DNA of 64,000 bases from an uncultured Pseudomonadales bacterium (GCA_964386355.1 CAYLQQ010000006.1:2088-66087), one strand, 5' to 3'. Positions 17,176-27,725 are shown, counted from the first letter of the stretch. Notes: generated from the letters alone by a model not told the origin. Translations and numbers: made by a program.

Positions 17176-18936
17176 CTAAAACATTTTGGCAATTGTTTGG
17201 AGTTCCACTAGACTGGTTGCATCTTCCACCCCCTTATCGTCTCTGAACTTAATAAATCTTGGGAAGCGTAAAGAATATCCTGTCTGATACAAAGGAGATC
17301 TAGAGACTGAGTCTGCCCGTATCTCTATAACTAACCCTGGCTCAACCCATACATCAGGCACAAGCGTCTTATCAACAGAGTATTCATCAGGTCTTTTTTC
17401 TATTTTAAGATTGTCACACCTCTCCCGCATCTCTACTATCGATGTTTCGGAAAATCCTGAACCCAATTTTGAGAGAGAAATGATCTTCTCACTATCCCTG
17501 ATACCTACCAACACTTTACCCAGTCCAAATTGAGCCCACTTTCCCTGCCCCTTGAAATATCCCATGACAACAGCATCTACTGTGTCTGCCATATCCGCTT
17601 GCATACCGACTTTATATTTCACCCAGGTAAAGTCACGAGCTCCGGCACGGTAAGGTGCATCCAGTTTTTTTGCCATGAGGCCTTCCAGATTTTGTTCTGC
17701 CATTTCTTTGAAGTAGGTATTGAGGTCTTCAACTTTCTCAACTATGGTTTGGTCAGCAAGCTTTAATGCTTGTGATTGTAAATTATGAGTAAATAGGGCA
17801 ACTAGTTTTTCTCTCCGCTCATGTAAAGGAAAAGTAAGAAGTGACACTCCATCAAGATATATGACGTCAAATACATACGCCCACAAAGGCAGCTGCCTGG
17901 CAGTTTCCGCGATACCATACTTGCGCTTACGCTTGACCGTTTCCTGAAAGGGTAACACTTCAAAGCTATCAGGATCTACAGCAACTGCTTCCCCATCCAA
18001 AATCACACTTTCACAAGAGAGATTTCTGGCTGCTTCTACCAGATCAGGGAACATGGCGGTCGTATCATCAAGATTGCGGGAGAATATCTTAACAAAACAT
18101 GTTTTTTCTTGACTGAAAAGTGATCCTTCACTCTCATTCTGACTATCACGTGATCTATCTAGATGTATTTGAACTCTAAACCCATCAAACTTCGGCTCAA
18201 CAGCGCACCTTCGACCCGACATTTTCTCCAAAATATCCTCTGGATCTGTCAAGGGTGTTGCCCGTGCAGGCCTGATTGGAGTACCGGGAACAGGTATGAT
18301 TTTGCTAATTGCCTCTAGACCATCCTTTTTAAAAATCTGTGCAACCTGCCCGATATCTGCCCGTACATTGTAGGCAAACTCGAGCTCGTTTCTCAGAGAC
18401 TTATCTCCTTTTTCCATCCAGCTAAGAGCGTCAAGAATTGTCATATCTGAAAATCCTAAACGCAACTTGCCTACTGCCATCCTCATAACATACTTCCCAC
18501 TCAAGCTATCAAGTGAACCAAGCAACGTACTCATAACCATGAGTTTGCGCTCCTGTGAACCAAATCCTGAGTCTTTGGCAATTAAAACAAGTTGGCTATA
18601 TACTTCGTTTACTGAAAGTTGTTCTGAAAGGTTCTTTTGTTCTTTTAACTTTTGGTATGCCAAACCCAGGTCTCCTGTTTCCTTAAATACTTCAACTACA
18701 GTTTCTGTAGATATTCCTAAAGATTGAGCAGATGCCCTGATCATCATTTTCTCAGCCAACATGAGATCAAGACCTATAAATTTTGGTGCCAGCATACCAA
18801 GTGAGAGGTAACAGATTTTATCGATCTCAACCGCTTCTGCCTCTGTAAACAATTGTGCTAATTGCTCTGTCATCGCCAAACGCGCCGAGGTAGACTCAAT
18901 CTGTTGAAAGTAGGTAGAGAGTGTTGAAAAAAGCAT
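17176..18936 (-). CDS. lig: ATP-dependent DNA ligase (archaeal/eukaryotic-type architecture)
   Basis: N-terminal DNA-binding domain, EPKFDGFRVQIH, ILDGEAV, EGLMAK, WVKYK, SLRFPRF. Confidence 0.95.
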   Translation of the reverse strand: MLFSTLSTYFQQIESTSARLAMTEQLAQLFTEAEAVEIDKICYLSLGMLAPKFIGLDLMLAEKMMIRASAQSLGISTETVVEVFKETGDLGLAYQKLKEQKNLSEQLSVNEVYSQLVLIAKDSGFGSQERKLMVMSTLLGSLDSLSGKYVMRMAVGKLRLGFSDMTILDALSWMEKGDKSLRNELEFAYNVRADIGQVAQIFKKDGLEAISKIIPVPGTPIRPARATPLTDPEDILEKMSGRRCAVEPKFDGFRVQIHLDRSRDSQNESEGSLFSQEKTCFVKIFSRNLDDTTAMFPDLVEAARNLSCESVILDGEAVAVDPDSFEVLPFQETVKRKRKYGIAETARQLPLWAYVFDVIYLDGVSLLTFPLHERREKLVALFTHNLQSQALKLADQTIVEKVEDLNTYFKEMAEQNLEGLMAKKLDAPYRAGARDFTWVKYKVGMQADMADTVDAVVMGYFKGQGKWAQFGLGKVLVGIRDSEKIISLSKLGSGFSETSIVEMRERCDNLKIEKRPDEYSVDKTLVPDVWVEPGLVIEIRADSVSRSPLYQTGYSLRFPRFIKFRDDKGVEDATSLVELQTIAKMF

Positions 18937-20042
18937 TATTTACTCCGTATCGAATAATAGCTTCCCTTTGTCTTGCCCACCTTTTCAATCAACCCCTTAT
19001 CAATTAGTCCCTTAAGTTCTCGCAAAATGGTATCTTCTGAGATCATTGGCAACATGACCTGAGCGTCTTTCATGATCATCTGCTCGTGCTCCCGCATAAA
19101 CTCCAATAGTTTAATTTGTCGATCTGTTAATGCAATTTGCTGACCCAGTTTATTGAGCATCCTCTGGTCCATAGATAGCTGACGCACCTTTTCTTTAACC
19201 TGATCCAGTTCTTGAGCCAACCCAAACACGAAATATTCCAACCATGTTGTCATATCTCCGGTAATAGCAACACTCTGCAGCGCCTGATAGTACTCAACCG
19301 GATTTTTATCGTAATACTCTTCTAGGCTAAACAGTTTGCGGATATCATACCCCTCTCTAAACATAACTAGAGTAGCAAAAGCTCGTGCTACTCTACCATT
19401 GCCATCTACAAACGGGTGAATACGAACTAGTTCATAATGGGAAATTCCGGCTCTCAGAACAGGATGAATATCTTTAGAAACAAATGAGTTGATCCACTCT
19501 AAAAAGTGTTCGATCTGAAACGGAACCTCGATAGGATTTGGGGGACGAAAACTAATCTCCCCTGTAGCGGCATCCTTAATGACAACCTTGGCTGTCCGGT
19601 AATGCCCTGACTGGTCTGTGGACAAAATTTTATCTACACAGAGCTTGTGCATATACTTGATCTCATTTTCCTGATAGCGGGTGAATTTCTGGGTGGCTTC
19701 AAACAGGCTATCAACGTACTCCATAACTTTGCGGTAGTTGATGATCTCCTGAATATCACGGTCCCTGGCAACCACACCAGTTTCTGTAGCAATGACTTTG
19801 GGAGCTTTGAAGATGTTGTTTTCTTTCTCAAGATGGTCGTAGACTACTTTGGCTTGTCCTAGGGTTAGGTCATTACCCTCCAGATGTGTGCCGTAGTGGA
19901 CGGTACGAATAACCGCCTCTTCCTGAAACTTTTTCTCCCAGGCAGGAATGATGGGAGCAACATCGATCATGCCTTTAGCTCCCTCAATTTTACCTATGTA
20001 CGTTAATATTTTGTTGGAAATGGAGTATTTTGGTTCAAACAT
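18936..20042 (-). CDS. Fic family protein with C-terminal winged HTH
   Basis: HPFVDGNGRVAR; N-terminal THLEGN; stop overlaps the ligase start. Confidence 0.92.
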   Translation of the reverse strand: MFEPKYSISNKILTYIGKIEGAKGMIDVAPIIPAWEKKFQEEAVIRTVHYGTHLEGNDLTLGQAKVVYDHLEKENNIFKAPKVIATETGVVARDRDIQEIINYRKVMEYVDSLFEATQKFTRYQENEIKYMHKLCVDKILSTDQSGHYRTAKVVIKDAATGEISFRPPNPIEVPFQIEHFLEWINSFVSKDIHPVLRAGISHYELVRIHPFVDGNGRVARAFATLVMFREGYDIRKLFSLEEYYDKNPVEYYQALQSVAITGDMTTWLEYFVFGLAQELDQVKEKVRQLSMDQRMLNKLGQQIALTDRQIKLLEFMREHEQMIMKDAQVMLPMISEDTILRELKGLIDKGLIEKVGKTKGSYYSIRSK

Positions 20043-20049
20043 GAAATTG

Positions 20050-20125
20050 TAGTAAGAAGTATGAAGTAAGAAGTATGCAAATTAGGTATAGAATCTCATG
20101 TTTCATACTCCATGATCCATGCTTC
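20050..20125. repeat. 7-nt-period repeat with opposing arms
   Basis: AGTAAGA AGTATGA AGTAAGA AGTATGC ... CTCATGT TTCATAC TCCATGA TCCATGC. Confidence 0.7.
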
Positions 20126-20218
20126 ACCTCTTTGATTCTCGCATTTTTTGCGGAGATTGGCAAGCGGGATATAACCCTGTATATGTATTGCATTGATAGT
20201 TTTTGCTATCATAAATGC

Positions 20219-20911
20219 ATGAGTAAGAATACCCTCATGTGTATAGGTCTTGCTGTTTTTATTCTTTCGATTGGTTTAATAACACTTATTCCAGAAATCA
20301 ACCAGCTAAAATTTTCACAGCAAAAAGTTTCTCAATCACATTTATCAGGCCAGTTTGATCAGTCAATATCAGAGGCGTATTTTAATAACAAATCTGTAAA
20401 TCACCCATCCATTCCACAAACAGATCAACAGAGACAGGTCATGGGAGATACTACCGGTACGCACAAATGGATCGAGGTTGACCTGACCAACCAGAGGCTC
20501 TATGCATATGAAGATGGATATAAAGTCTTTGACTTTCTGGTTTCGACCGGTAAATGGGGCAGAACCCCAATCGGTACATTCGACATCTGGATCAAACTGC
20601 GCTACACCACTATGTCCGGAGGCAATAAAGCTCTTGGAACGTACTACTATCTACCTAACGTTCCCTTTACTATGTTTTTTTATAATACTGATTATCCGAA
20701 ATGGGTTGGCTATGGGATACATGGAACCTACTGGCATGAGAATTTTGGCCATCCAATGTCACATGGGTGTATCAATATGAAAAATGAAGAAGTAGAACAG
20801 CTCTACTACTGGGCTCAACCCGATTTGCCGGATGGTAAAACCAGCACAACTACTACGACAGATAATCCTGGTACAAAGGTGTATATTTACGGAGTAGCAC
20901 CGAAAGAATGA
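20219..20911 (+). CDS. L,D-transpeptidase (YkuD family), membrane anchored
   Basis: IEVDLTNQRL, VSTGKW, GIHGTYWH...SHGCIN; start at 20219 follows an extended -10. Confidence 0.92.
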   Translation: MSKNTLMCIGLAVFILSIGLITLIPEINQLKFSQQKVSQSHLSGQFDQSISEAYFNNKSVNHPSIPQTDQQRQVMGDTTGTHKWIEVDLTNQRLYAYEDGYKVFDFLVSTGKWGRTPIGTFDIWIKLRYTTMSGGNKALGTYYYLPNVPFTMFFYNTDYPKWVGYGIHGTYWHENFGHPMSHGCINMKNEEVEQLYYWAQPDLPDGKTSTTTTTDNPGTKVYIYGVAPKE

Positions 20912-21783
20912 TTAAGAGATCTCCATATAACCTCTGGTACTTTTTTAGCCAAATCATCGGCATTAAAGTAAGGACCAACCTTTTTATATAACTCATCTCC
21001 AGTAAAACCATTCATATATGTTCCAACTAAGGTAGCGGTTAACGCATCGTTGGTTGTTGCCAGAGAAGCAACTAGGCCTGCCAACACATCACCAGTCCCC
21101 CCTTTTGTCATGCCTTCATTTCCTGTTTTGTTAAAAAAAGTATCTTTGCCATCGGTAATAATATCAATGGGACCTTTGAGTACAATAGTGCAATTATATA
21201 TACCAGCTATCTCTCTAATAAAATTTGCAGTTTGTTCTATATCATCCCATGCTCCATACTCCTTACTTCTTGTTTCAAAAAATGTGGTGAATTCTTTCTT
21301 ATGTGGAGTAACAATCAAGTTTTTAACGCCAATTCTGAATATTTCTTCAGCTTTGACCGATTGCAAGGCCCCTGCATCCAAAACCCATTTTTTATTAGGG
21401 AATTTTTCTAGCAGATCCAAGACTAACTTCCTCACTTGTTCACCACTTTCTCCCGTACCCGTATACTCTTCGTTTCCCCTCACCATACCCGGACCAATTA
21501 GAACCGCATCTGACTGCTCTATGTAATCTGCTTCTTTACCATAGGGAACTGCAATAAAAGAGTACAAACCATTCTTTAGTGTATTGGTGAATTCCAGGTT
21601 TTCTTCTACAGAAACAAAGTAGGTCATGTCCACTAAGCGAGAAGCAACTTGCAGGGCAAGCATGGTTGAACCATGGAACAGTTTTGACCCCCCTATAATA
21701 GTCAGCTTCCCATTATCACCTTTATGAGTATTCTTAATAGGTAGTTTGAGTTGTTTGATGATAGAGGGGTCAATAAATCGCAT
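20887..21783 (-). CDS. nnrD: ADP-dependent NAD(P)H-hydrate dehydratase
   Basis: HKGDNG, IGPGM, LDAGAL, TPHKKEF, VLKG, GGTGDVLAG. Confidence 0.9.
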   Translation of the reverse strand: MRFIDPSIIKQLKLPIKNTHKGDNGKLTIIGGSKLFHGSTMLALQVASRLVDMTYFVSVEENLEFTNTLKNGLYSFIAVPYGKEADYIEQSDAVLIGPGMVRGNEEYTGTGESGEQVRKLVLDLLEKFPNKKWVLDAGALQSVKAEEIFRIGVKNLIVTPHKKEFTTFFETRSKEYGAWDDIEQTANFIREIAGIYNCTIVLKGPIDIITDGKDTFFNKTGNEGMTKGGTGDVLAGLVASLATTNDALTATLVGTYMNGFTGDELYKKVGPYFNADDLAKKVPEVIWRSLNHSFGATP

Positions 21784-21831
21784 AGGTATCTATTATATTT
21801 AGTAGGGAGTTAATTTTCTCAAACTCTTTTA

Positions 21832-22887
21832 TTAAACTAACTCAATTACATCCACATCACTTTTTTTTATAAAACCTGCTTCAGTCGTAGTAATAATCGT
21901 CTGCTGGCCGGAAATCAGCTGCATGACCAGCTCATCATTTCTTATATCTAACTCAGAGAATATGTCATCTAATAGTAACACTGGTTTTTCATCTGATTTC
22001 TGCTTTATATACTGCAATTGAACAAGCTTGAGAGTTAATACTGCTAAACGTTGTTCACCTCTTGATCCAAACGTTGCCAAATCCCTCTGTTTTTCTTCTT
22101 TGCTTTCCTGATACACCTCAAAGTCATCTCGGTGCGGTCCTACTAGTGTTGTCCCCGTAGCAATTTCTCCTGTCTGGTGTTCTTCTAAGCGTTTTTCTGA
22201 TATTGGACTGGGTATATATGCAACTCGGTACTGAGGTAAGCTCGTTTTATGTTCAGCCCCAAGAATACTATTTGCATAATCAATATACGCCTCACGTTTT
22301 TGTCTAATGATATCGCCATTTTTTACCAGCAACCTATTCCAAAACTCAAGCTGCATCAGTTTACCTGATCCCTCACGGATAAATGTGAGTACGCGGTTAC
22401 GCTGCCTAATTCCTTTTTGATAAGCCAATAGACAACGGTCATACTCTGGATCGACTTGGGAAAGCACGAAGTCTAGATAATCTCGTCTGGCTGAAGGGCT
22501 GCCAATAACCAAATCAAGGTCACGAGGTTCAAATAGCACCGTTTTTAGCTGACCTACAAAATCTTTTCTCCGTTTTGGAGCACCATTGATCAGGTACCGT
22601 TTCTTGGCTACTTTTTTGCCTTGCCAGAGTCCGCGTGTGAGCAGAACCTCCAAGCTTTCCCCTTCTATCACCCCGCTTACTCTCCCAAAGTCAGCGCCGA
22701 AATTAATCATCTCATCATCCTTACCTGCCCGAAAACTACGACCTATAGACAGAAGTACAATACTTTCTAAAATATTAGTTTTCCCAATCGCATTTGGACC
22801 CACCAGTACTGTAACCGGTTTTGAAAATGTAATAGATCGTTGTTGATATGACCTGAAATCTTTTAAGTTAATTGAAGATAAAAACAT
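21832..22887 (-). CDS. recF: DNA replication/repair protein RecF
   Basis: FRSY, GPNAIGKTNILE, GPHRDD, GSRGEQR, LLLDDIFSELD. Confidence 0.95.
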   Translation of the reverse strand: MFLSSINLKDFRSYQQRSITFSKPVTVLVGPNAIGKTNILESIVLLSIGRSFRAGKDDEMINFGADFGRVSGVIEGESLEVLLTRGLWQGKKVAKKRYLINGAPKRRKDFVGQLKTVLFEPRDLDLVIGSPSARRDYLDFVLSQVDPEYDRCLLAYQKGIRQRNRVLTFIREGSGKLMQLEFWNRLLVKNGDIIRQKREAYIDYANSILGAEHKTSLPQYRVAYIPSPISEKRLEEHQTGEIATGTTLVGPHRDDFEVYQESKEEKQRDLATFGSRGEQRLAVLTLKLVQLQYIKQKSDEKPVLLLDDIFSELDIRNDELVMQLISGQQTIITTTEAGFIKKSDVDVIELV

Positions 22888-22935
22888 ACATGTATATTAG
22901 CATGTTATTTCAATATATATACCAGAGTATTTCCA

Positions 22936-23814
22936 TTACTTTTTTATCTGACAGCAGGGACAAAAATAGGTACCACGCCCCCCAAGTTTTATTTTTTCAA
23001 TAGTTACACCGCATTTTTTACATTTCCTTTTATCCTGTTTGTAAATTAAAAACTCATCCTGATATGAACCTCCCAAACCCGTAATATGTACATAATTTGT
23101 CTGTGAAGCCCCACCTAATTCAATTCCCCGAAATAAAACCTTCTGAATTGCTTTAGCTAAAATATCCCATGATTTAGCTTTTACATTAGTAGCCTGAGTT
23201 AGGGGATGTATGCCAGCAAGATAAAGAGCGTCATTGACGTAAATGTTACCAAGGCCGGCAACTCTATCTTGCTCAAGAAGTACAATTTTTATCTGCCGTT
23301 TTGATTCTCCTACTGCTTTCTGTAATACTGTCCCGCTAAACGTAGGAAGTAAAGGATCCAAGCCTAAAAAACCTTTTTTTTCTTTCTCAAAATCTTCTGC
23401 ACTTTCTACTAGTTTCATCCAACCGAAAACGCGCATGTCATTAAAGAATAAAATTGAATTATCTAAAAAGGTAATTATCACTCTAGTGTGTTGACTGGGT
23501 AGCTCATTTATCCAATCAGCTGTCGGATGACCCCCTACAATTCTAGTCGCAGGTGTTTGGCCATTTGCTATTGGTTGATAAATCAACTGTCCTGTCATCT
23601 TAAGGTGAATTAACAGCTTAGGGAAAAGGGTATCAAATGAAATGATCAGCATCTTACCGATACGGGTAATAGAAGTAATTTCTTTATTGATCAAACTGTC
23701 TGGGTTACCCTGAAAACTTTTGGTACGTAACACTTTAATTTTCTTTGTTTTCTTTCCAATAATGACAGTTTCGAGTTGGCGTTTGAGAGTTTCTACTTCG
23801 GGGAGCTCGGGCAT
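22936..23814 (-). CDS. mutM: Formamidopyrimidine-DNA glycosylase
   Basis: MPELPEVET, HLKMTG, GLGNIY, C-terminal Zn finger. Confidence 0.97.
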   Translation of the reverse strand: MPELPEVETLKRQLETVIIGKKTKKIKVLRTKSFQGNPDSLINKEITSITRIGKMLIISFDTLFPKLLIHLKMTGQLIYQPIANGQTPATRIVGGHPTADWINELPSQHTRVIITFLDNSILFFNDMRVFGWMKLVESAEDFEKEKKGFLGLDPLLPTFSGTVLQKAVGESKRQIKIVLLEQDRVAGLGNIYVNDALYLAGIHPLTQATNVKAKSWDILAKAIQKVLFRGIELGGASQTNYVHITGLGGSYQDEFLIYKQDKRKCKKCGVTIEKIKLGGRGTYFCPCCQIKK

Positions 23815-23831
23815 AATGGTATACTTAAACT

Positions 23832-24665
23832 ATGTTTCAACCAGATTTTATCACGATTTTCCTTCTTATCGTTGCTTTTGGCTTCGCAGTTTATAAAATA
23901 TCATTTTTTAGCAGAAAGAGTATTGGATATTTTTCGTTAGTACAGTTTATTTATCTAGTCATTATCCCTAGCTCGTTATTTATTGCCTTAAATTCACATA
24001 TTCAAATGGTAGTAGACCGCCCATTTAATCAAGCTACGTTTTTATCAGATAAATTAATACTAAATGTAATATTTTTATCTCAGCTTTTTACATATGGAGG
24101 CTTAGCAATACATGCTGTTACTAAAATGTTATGGGTTCATATGATCCCCAATGAAAGCGATTTATACAAAATTAATAGCTATTTTCATTTAAAATTTTCT
24201 CATAACCTTATATACAGTGGTGCCATTACTTTAGCATTATTTCTTTCCCTCCTCGAAATAAATCATGTCCCACCCGACCATAATTATAACCTTGGAATTT
24301 CAGTATTAGTGGGATTAATTTCAGGCATAGCATTAATTATGTCTATGTATTGGTATAAACCGTACGGTGAACAAAGATTCAGTAAATGGTCAGATTTAAA
24401 AACTGCATTTTTACTAGTGTGGCTTGGGTTAATTTTATTTATGCTTGCGATACGCAGAATCAGACCAGATATTAAAGAGTATCAGTTATTTATTCCGATG
24501 CTCTCTGGTTTTATTCTCATTACTTTGTTTAATATTCTTTTTGTCCTTCGGAAACTTAAAAAGGGAGGGTTCAGAATTTACTTGCGTTTGGGTAAGCAGG
24601 AGCAGAAAGTGTTAGAGGTTAATCAATCTTTTTTACATCCCCACAACAAACAATCCCCAACTTAA
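23832..24665 (+). CDS. Hypothetical polytopic membrane protein
   Basis: 277-aa ORF with about 7 hydrophobic segments; extended -10 upstream. Confidence 0.6.
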   Translation: MFQPDFITIFLLIVAFGFAVYKISFFSRKSIGYFSLVQFIYLVIIPSSLFIALNSHIQMVVDRPFNQATFLSDKLILNVIFLSQLFTYGGLAIHAVTKMLWVHMIPNESDLYKINSYFHLKFSHNLIYSGAITLALFLSLLEINHVPPDHNYNLGISVLVGLISGIALIMSMYWYKPYGEQRFSKWSDLKTAFLLVWLGLILFMLAIRRIRPDIKEYQLFIPMLSGFILITLFNILFVLRKLKKGGFRIYLRLGKQEQKVLEVNQSFLHPHNKQSPT

Positions 24666-24684
24666 GTCGGGGATTGTCTTTTTT
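24650..24684 (+). terminator. Intrinsic terminator between convergent genes
   Basis: ACAATCCCC/GGGGATTGT stem followed by a T-tract. Confidence 0.7.
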
Positions 24685-24699
24685 AGCTTCGTTTTAAAC

Positions 24700-24897
24700 T
24701 TATGCTTTTTTCAAAACGGGCATTCCTGTTCTTTCAGTTTCAACGACTTTGTAGCCGGCTGGAACTGCGTCGAGTGAATTTTCACGAGTATCGCGTGCAA
24801 AGAAATAGATTCTCTGATTACGACCGCCACGTAAGGTAACATCTCGATAGTGCAGGAAATAGGTTACTCCTTTTGAATTTTTAAATGAAAATGCCAT
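24700..24897 (-). CDS. Small basic hypothetical protein
   Basis: 65 aa; perfect AAGGAGGTGA Shine-Dalgarno; NSKG.TY.LH...LRGG..Q.IYFF...TG.P.LKK pattern. Confidence 0.75.
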   Translation of the reverse strand: MAFSFKNSKGVTYFLHYRDVTLRGGRNQRIYFFARDTRENSLDAVPAGYKVVETERTGMPVLKKA

Positions 24898-25142
24898 GAG
24901 TAATCACCTCCTTAGGATTGCTGTACTAACAGCTTTTTTCGATTTTCCTCTGATAACAGAGGCACTACCCCATATTAGAAGATTATTAATAGAGGTGTCA
25001 ATAGGGAAAAGTGTAATTTTTGTACATTGTATTAGAGGCGTTATCATCAAAAATGATATTTATCTTGTAAAGGTAAGGTGATTTAATATATGAAGGTTTT
25101 GTAAGTTTTGTGTAAGAAAGCATAAGTAGAGTCAATTAGTAC

Positions 25143-25355
25143 TTATTCTTGTACCATCTCATTTAATCGTAGCACCATCTTTTCTATCTGTTTTTCAGTC
25201 ATCCCGTGGATTTGCGCCCCCTGTTCAATACTGTCAAAACTGGCCGCAAAACAGCCAGCGCAGTGCAAACCATAATCCTCAATAAGTACTTGAGCCAGTT
25301 TGGGGTAAGTTTGTATCAGTTCACCAAGGTTAGTGTGGTTAGTAATTGTTTTCAT
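25143..25355 (-). CDS. DUF1858 / hybrid-cluster-associated redox disulfide domain protein
   Basis: YGLHCAGC..ASFDSIEQGAQIHG. Confidence 0.8.
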   Translation of the reverse strand: MKTITNHTNLGELIQTYPKLAQVLIEDYGLHCAGCFAASFDSIEQGAQIHGMTEKQIEKMVLRLNEMVQE

Positions 25356-25478
25356 TACTGTTCTTGAGTTGCCATCACTCTCGAATGTAGATAGTATTAA
25401 TAATTCCTGAAATATTGTATTAATTAATGTAAATACGTGCACATGTCCCTATACCGTAAGAATCCGTTTAGGCAATAA

Positions 25479-25844
25479 CTATCGGGATTCTACCGCCTTC
25501 TGTAACGCCTTCAATGCCAGACTGGCACACTTGACTCTTCCTGCATTGACCGGTCCTCCAAGTAACTTATACAGATCTTCTAACGTCAGCTTGGCTATTT
25601 CCTCTTTACTTTTTCCTTTTACAGCTTCTGTGACCAAGGACGAGGCAGCTCTTGCCAGAGCACAGCCCTGGCATTGAAATTTGACATCTCCTACTGCTTG
25701 CTGATCAAATTTCACTTGAAGTTTGATTTTATCTCCACAACTGGCATTACTTTCATCTATTTCAACATCATGGTCCGATAGGATACCGCTGTTACGTGGA
25801 TATTTGGCGTGGTCAAGAATCTGATCTCTGTATAAAGGATCCAT
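25479..25844 (-). CDS. sufU: SufU/IscU-type Fe-S scaffold or sulfur-transfer protein
   Basis: ILDHAKYPRN, NASCGD, GCALARA, RVKCA. Confidence 0.9.
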   Translation of the reverse strand: MDPLYRDQILDHAKYPRNSGILSDHDVEIDESNASCGDKIKLQVKFDQQAVGDVKFQCQGCALARAASSLVTEAVKGKSKEEIAKLTLEDLYKLLGGPVNAGRVKCASLALKALQKAVESR

Positions 25845-26478
25845 ATGATACATTTCTCTGTATAACTACTCTGGCAAAAATGTAAAAAGCTGCAGCTGCG
25901 CAAAGATGCCAGATAAAATGTGTTCCCATTGGGATTATCTCACAAACTCCTTTTTCGAAAACACGGCTTAGAGCACCTATGCTGTAAAGTAAAACACCAA
26001 CTATCAATATCTTTGGATAACTTGAGTAAATCTGTTTGATTATATACGATCCACCTGCTAGTACCAGTCCCAGCGCTATTCCAATAGTAATGTTAAAATC
26101 TATAGAGTTCAATCGCGGCAAAACGACAGTAGTTATTCCTTCAATACCTACAATAATCCCGGTCACTTTCCATGGGGCGTTACCATGCGTACCGACTTGT
26201 TGTTGCAATAAAAATATTAGCACTGATAATAGAATATATACAGGTACAGCATCGAGCAAAAGTGCCGGCACTGTCAAAACCGAGTGGTACAGGATACTAC
26301 CGATACCAATCATCCAAAATAGTAATGTTAAAATCAGATATAGATTATTTTGCCTGTCTTCTTTTAGTACCAGCTTCAAAATTGAAAAGCCTGCTATAAA
26401 GTATGCAAAACTGGAAAATATGTTCCAGATCGCAAAACCTTGTTCACAATAGGGAAGTTGCATAATTTGTATAAGCAT
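25813..26478 (-). CDS. Ceramidase-like (CREST superfamily) membrane hydrolase
   Basis: YCE..., N..SS, GSILYHS, LLDAVP, GTHFIWH; about 7 TM helices. Confidence 0.7.
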   Translation of the reverse strand: MLIQIMQLPYCEQGFAIWNIFSSFAYFIAGFSILKLVLKEDRQNNLYLILTLLFWMIGIGSILYHSVLTVPALLLDAVPVYILLSVLIFLLQQQVGTHGNAPWKVTGIIVGIEGITTVVLPRLNSIDFNITIGIALGLVLAGGSYIIKQIYSSYPKILIVGVLLYSIGALSRVFEKGVCEIIPMGTHFIWHLCAAAAFYIFARVVIQRNVSYGSFIQRSDS

Positions 26479-27725
26479 TAAACTCCAAATATCTTCTCTG
26501 CCTTCACTATCCCCTGGATCATTCTGTCGATCTCATCTTTGGTATTATAAAAATAACACGAAACCCGACAGCTGGCATCAACACCCAGGTAATTGTGCAA
26601 AGGCATTGCACAGTGGTGGCCTGAACGTACTGCCACCCCAACCGAGTCAATAACCTGAGCAAGATCATGGGCATGGATCGTATCGTGCCAAAAACTAATT
26701 AAGCCTGTTTTAGTTTCCGTTATGTAGTTGGGGCCAAGAATATGGATGTGTTTGAGGATTGAAAGCCTATCTAAACAAGCATGCACTAAGCTTTGCTCGT
26801 ACTTGACTACCTCATCCATACCTACTGTAGTCAGGTATTCTATAGCTGTACCTATACCAACAGCCCCGCCCACATTTGGCGTACCTGCTTCAAATTTGTA
26901 GGGTAGTTCATTGGCAGTAAAGTGATCTGTAAAAACCTCAGCTATCATATCTCCACCCCCCATAAACGGTTCCATTTCATTTAAAATGTTTTCTCTCCCC
27001 CACAACACACCAATTCCCATCGGACCTAGCATTTTATGACCTGAAAAGGCTACAAAATCGGCTTTGAGTTTTTTAACTTCGATCTTTAGATGAGGTATGC
27101 TCTGGGCAGCATCAAGAATACATAGAATTTCTGGATTGTACTTTTTTGCTCGCTGGAAAATTTCCTCAACCGGATTTATCAAGCCAAGCACGTTTGATAC
27201 GTGGATTAGGCTGATCACTTTCGTTTTTTCGTTTAGAAGTGATTCGAAACTATCAGTATCTTTCCCATCCAACTTAAGATTTCCATCTTCATTAAGTCCA
27301 ATAAATCTAATAACAGCCCCGGTTTTACTAGCCACTATCTGCCAGGGAACGATGTTTGAGTGATGTTCGGAAATGGAGAGAATGATCTCATCACCTTTTT
27401 TCAGATTTGCCAATCCCCAGCTATAGGCAACTAGATTGATAGACTCAGTAGTATTGCGGGTAAAAATGGTCTCTTGAAACGTTGCCCCAATAAAATCTGC
27501 CACTGTCTGCCTGGATTGTTCATAGGCCTGTGTTGCTTCTTCCGACAAGACATGCACCCCTCTGTGAATATTGGCGTTATGTTGACGGTAGTACGTAACC
27601 ATAGCCTCCAAAACCTGAACCGGTTTTTGAGACGTGGCTGCGTTATCCAGGTACGCCAAAGGAAATCCATGGATTTGGCGGGAGAGAATAGGAAAGTCAG
27701 ATCTGATTTGAGAAAGATTAAGCAT
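26478..27725 (-). CDS. sufS: Cysteine desulfurase SufS
   Basis: YLDNAATSQKP, EHHSNIVPW, FSGHKM, RSGHHCA; start at MLNLSQIR. Confidence 0.96.
   Translation of the reverse strand: MLNLSQIRSDFPILSRQIHGFPLAYLDNAATSQKPVQVLEAMVTYYRQHNANIHRGVHVLSEEATQAYEQSRQTVADFIGATFQETIFTRNTTESINLVAYSWGLANLKKGDEIILSISEHHSNIVPWQIVASKTGAVIRFIGLNEDGNLKLDGKDTDSFESLLNEKTKVISLIHVSNVLGLINPVEEIFQRAKKYNPEILCILDAAQSIPHLKIEVKKLKADFVAFSGHKMLGPMGIGVLWGRENILNEMEPFMGGGDMIAEVFTDHFTANELPYKFEAGTPNVGGAVGIGTAIEYLTTVGMDEVVKYEQSLVHACLDRLSILKHIHILGPNYITETKTGLISFWHDTIHAHDLAQVIDSVGVAVRSGHHCAMPLHNYLGVDASCRVSCYFYNTKDEIDRMIQGIVKAEKIFGV

Noticed and set aside
21832-22887. Replication origin near recF
   Set aside because: No dnaA/dnaN/gyrB context and no DnaA-box cluster seen.
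24896-25081. 61-aa ORF in the intergenic region
   Set aside because: It overlaps the ribosome-binding and promoter region of the opposite gene and shows no coding features.
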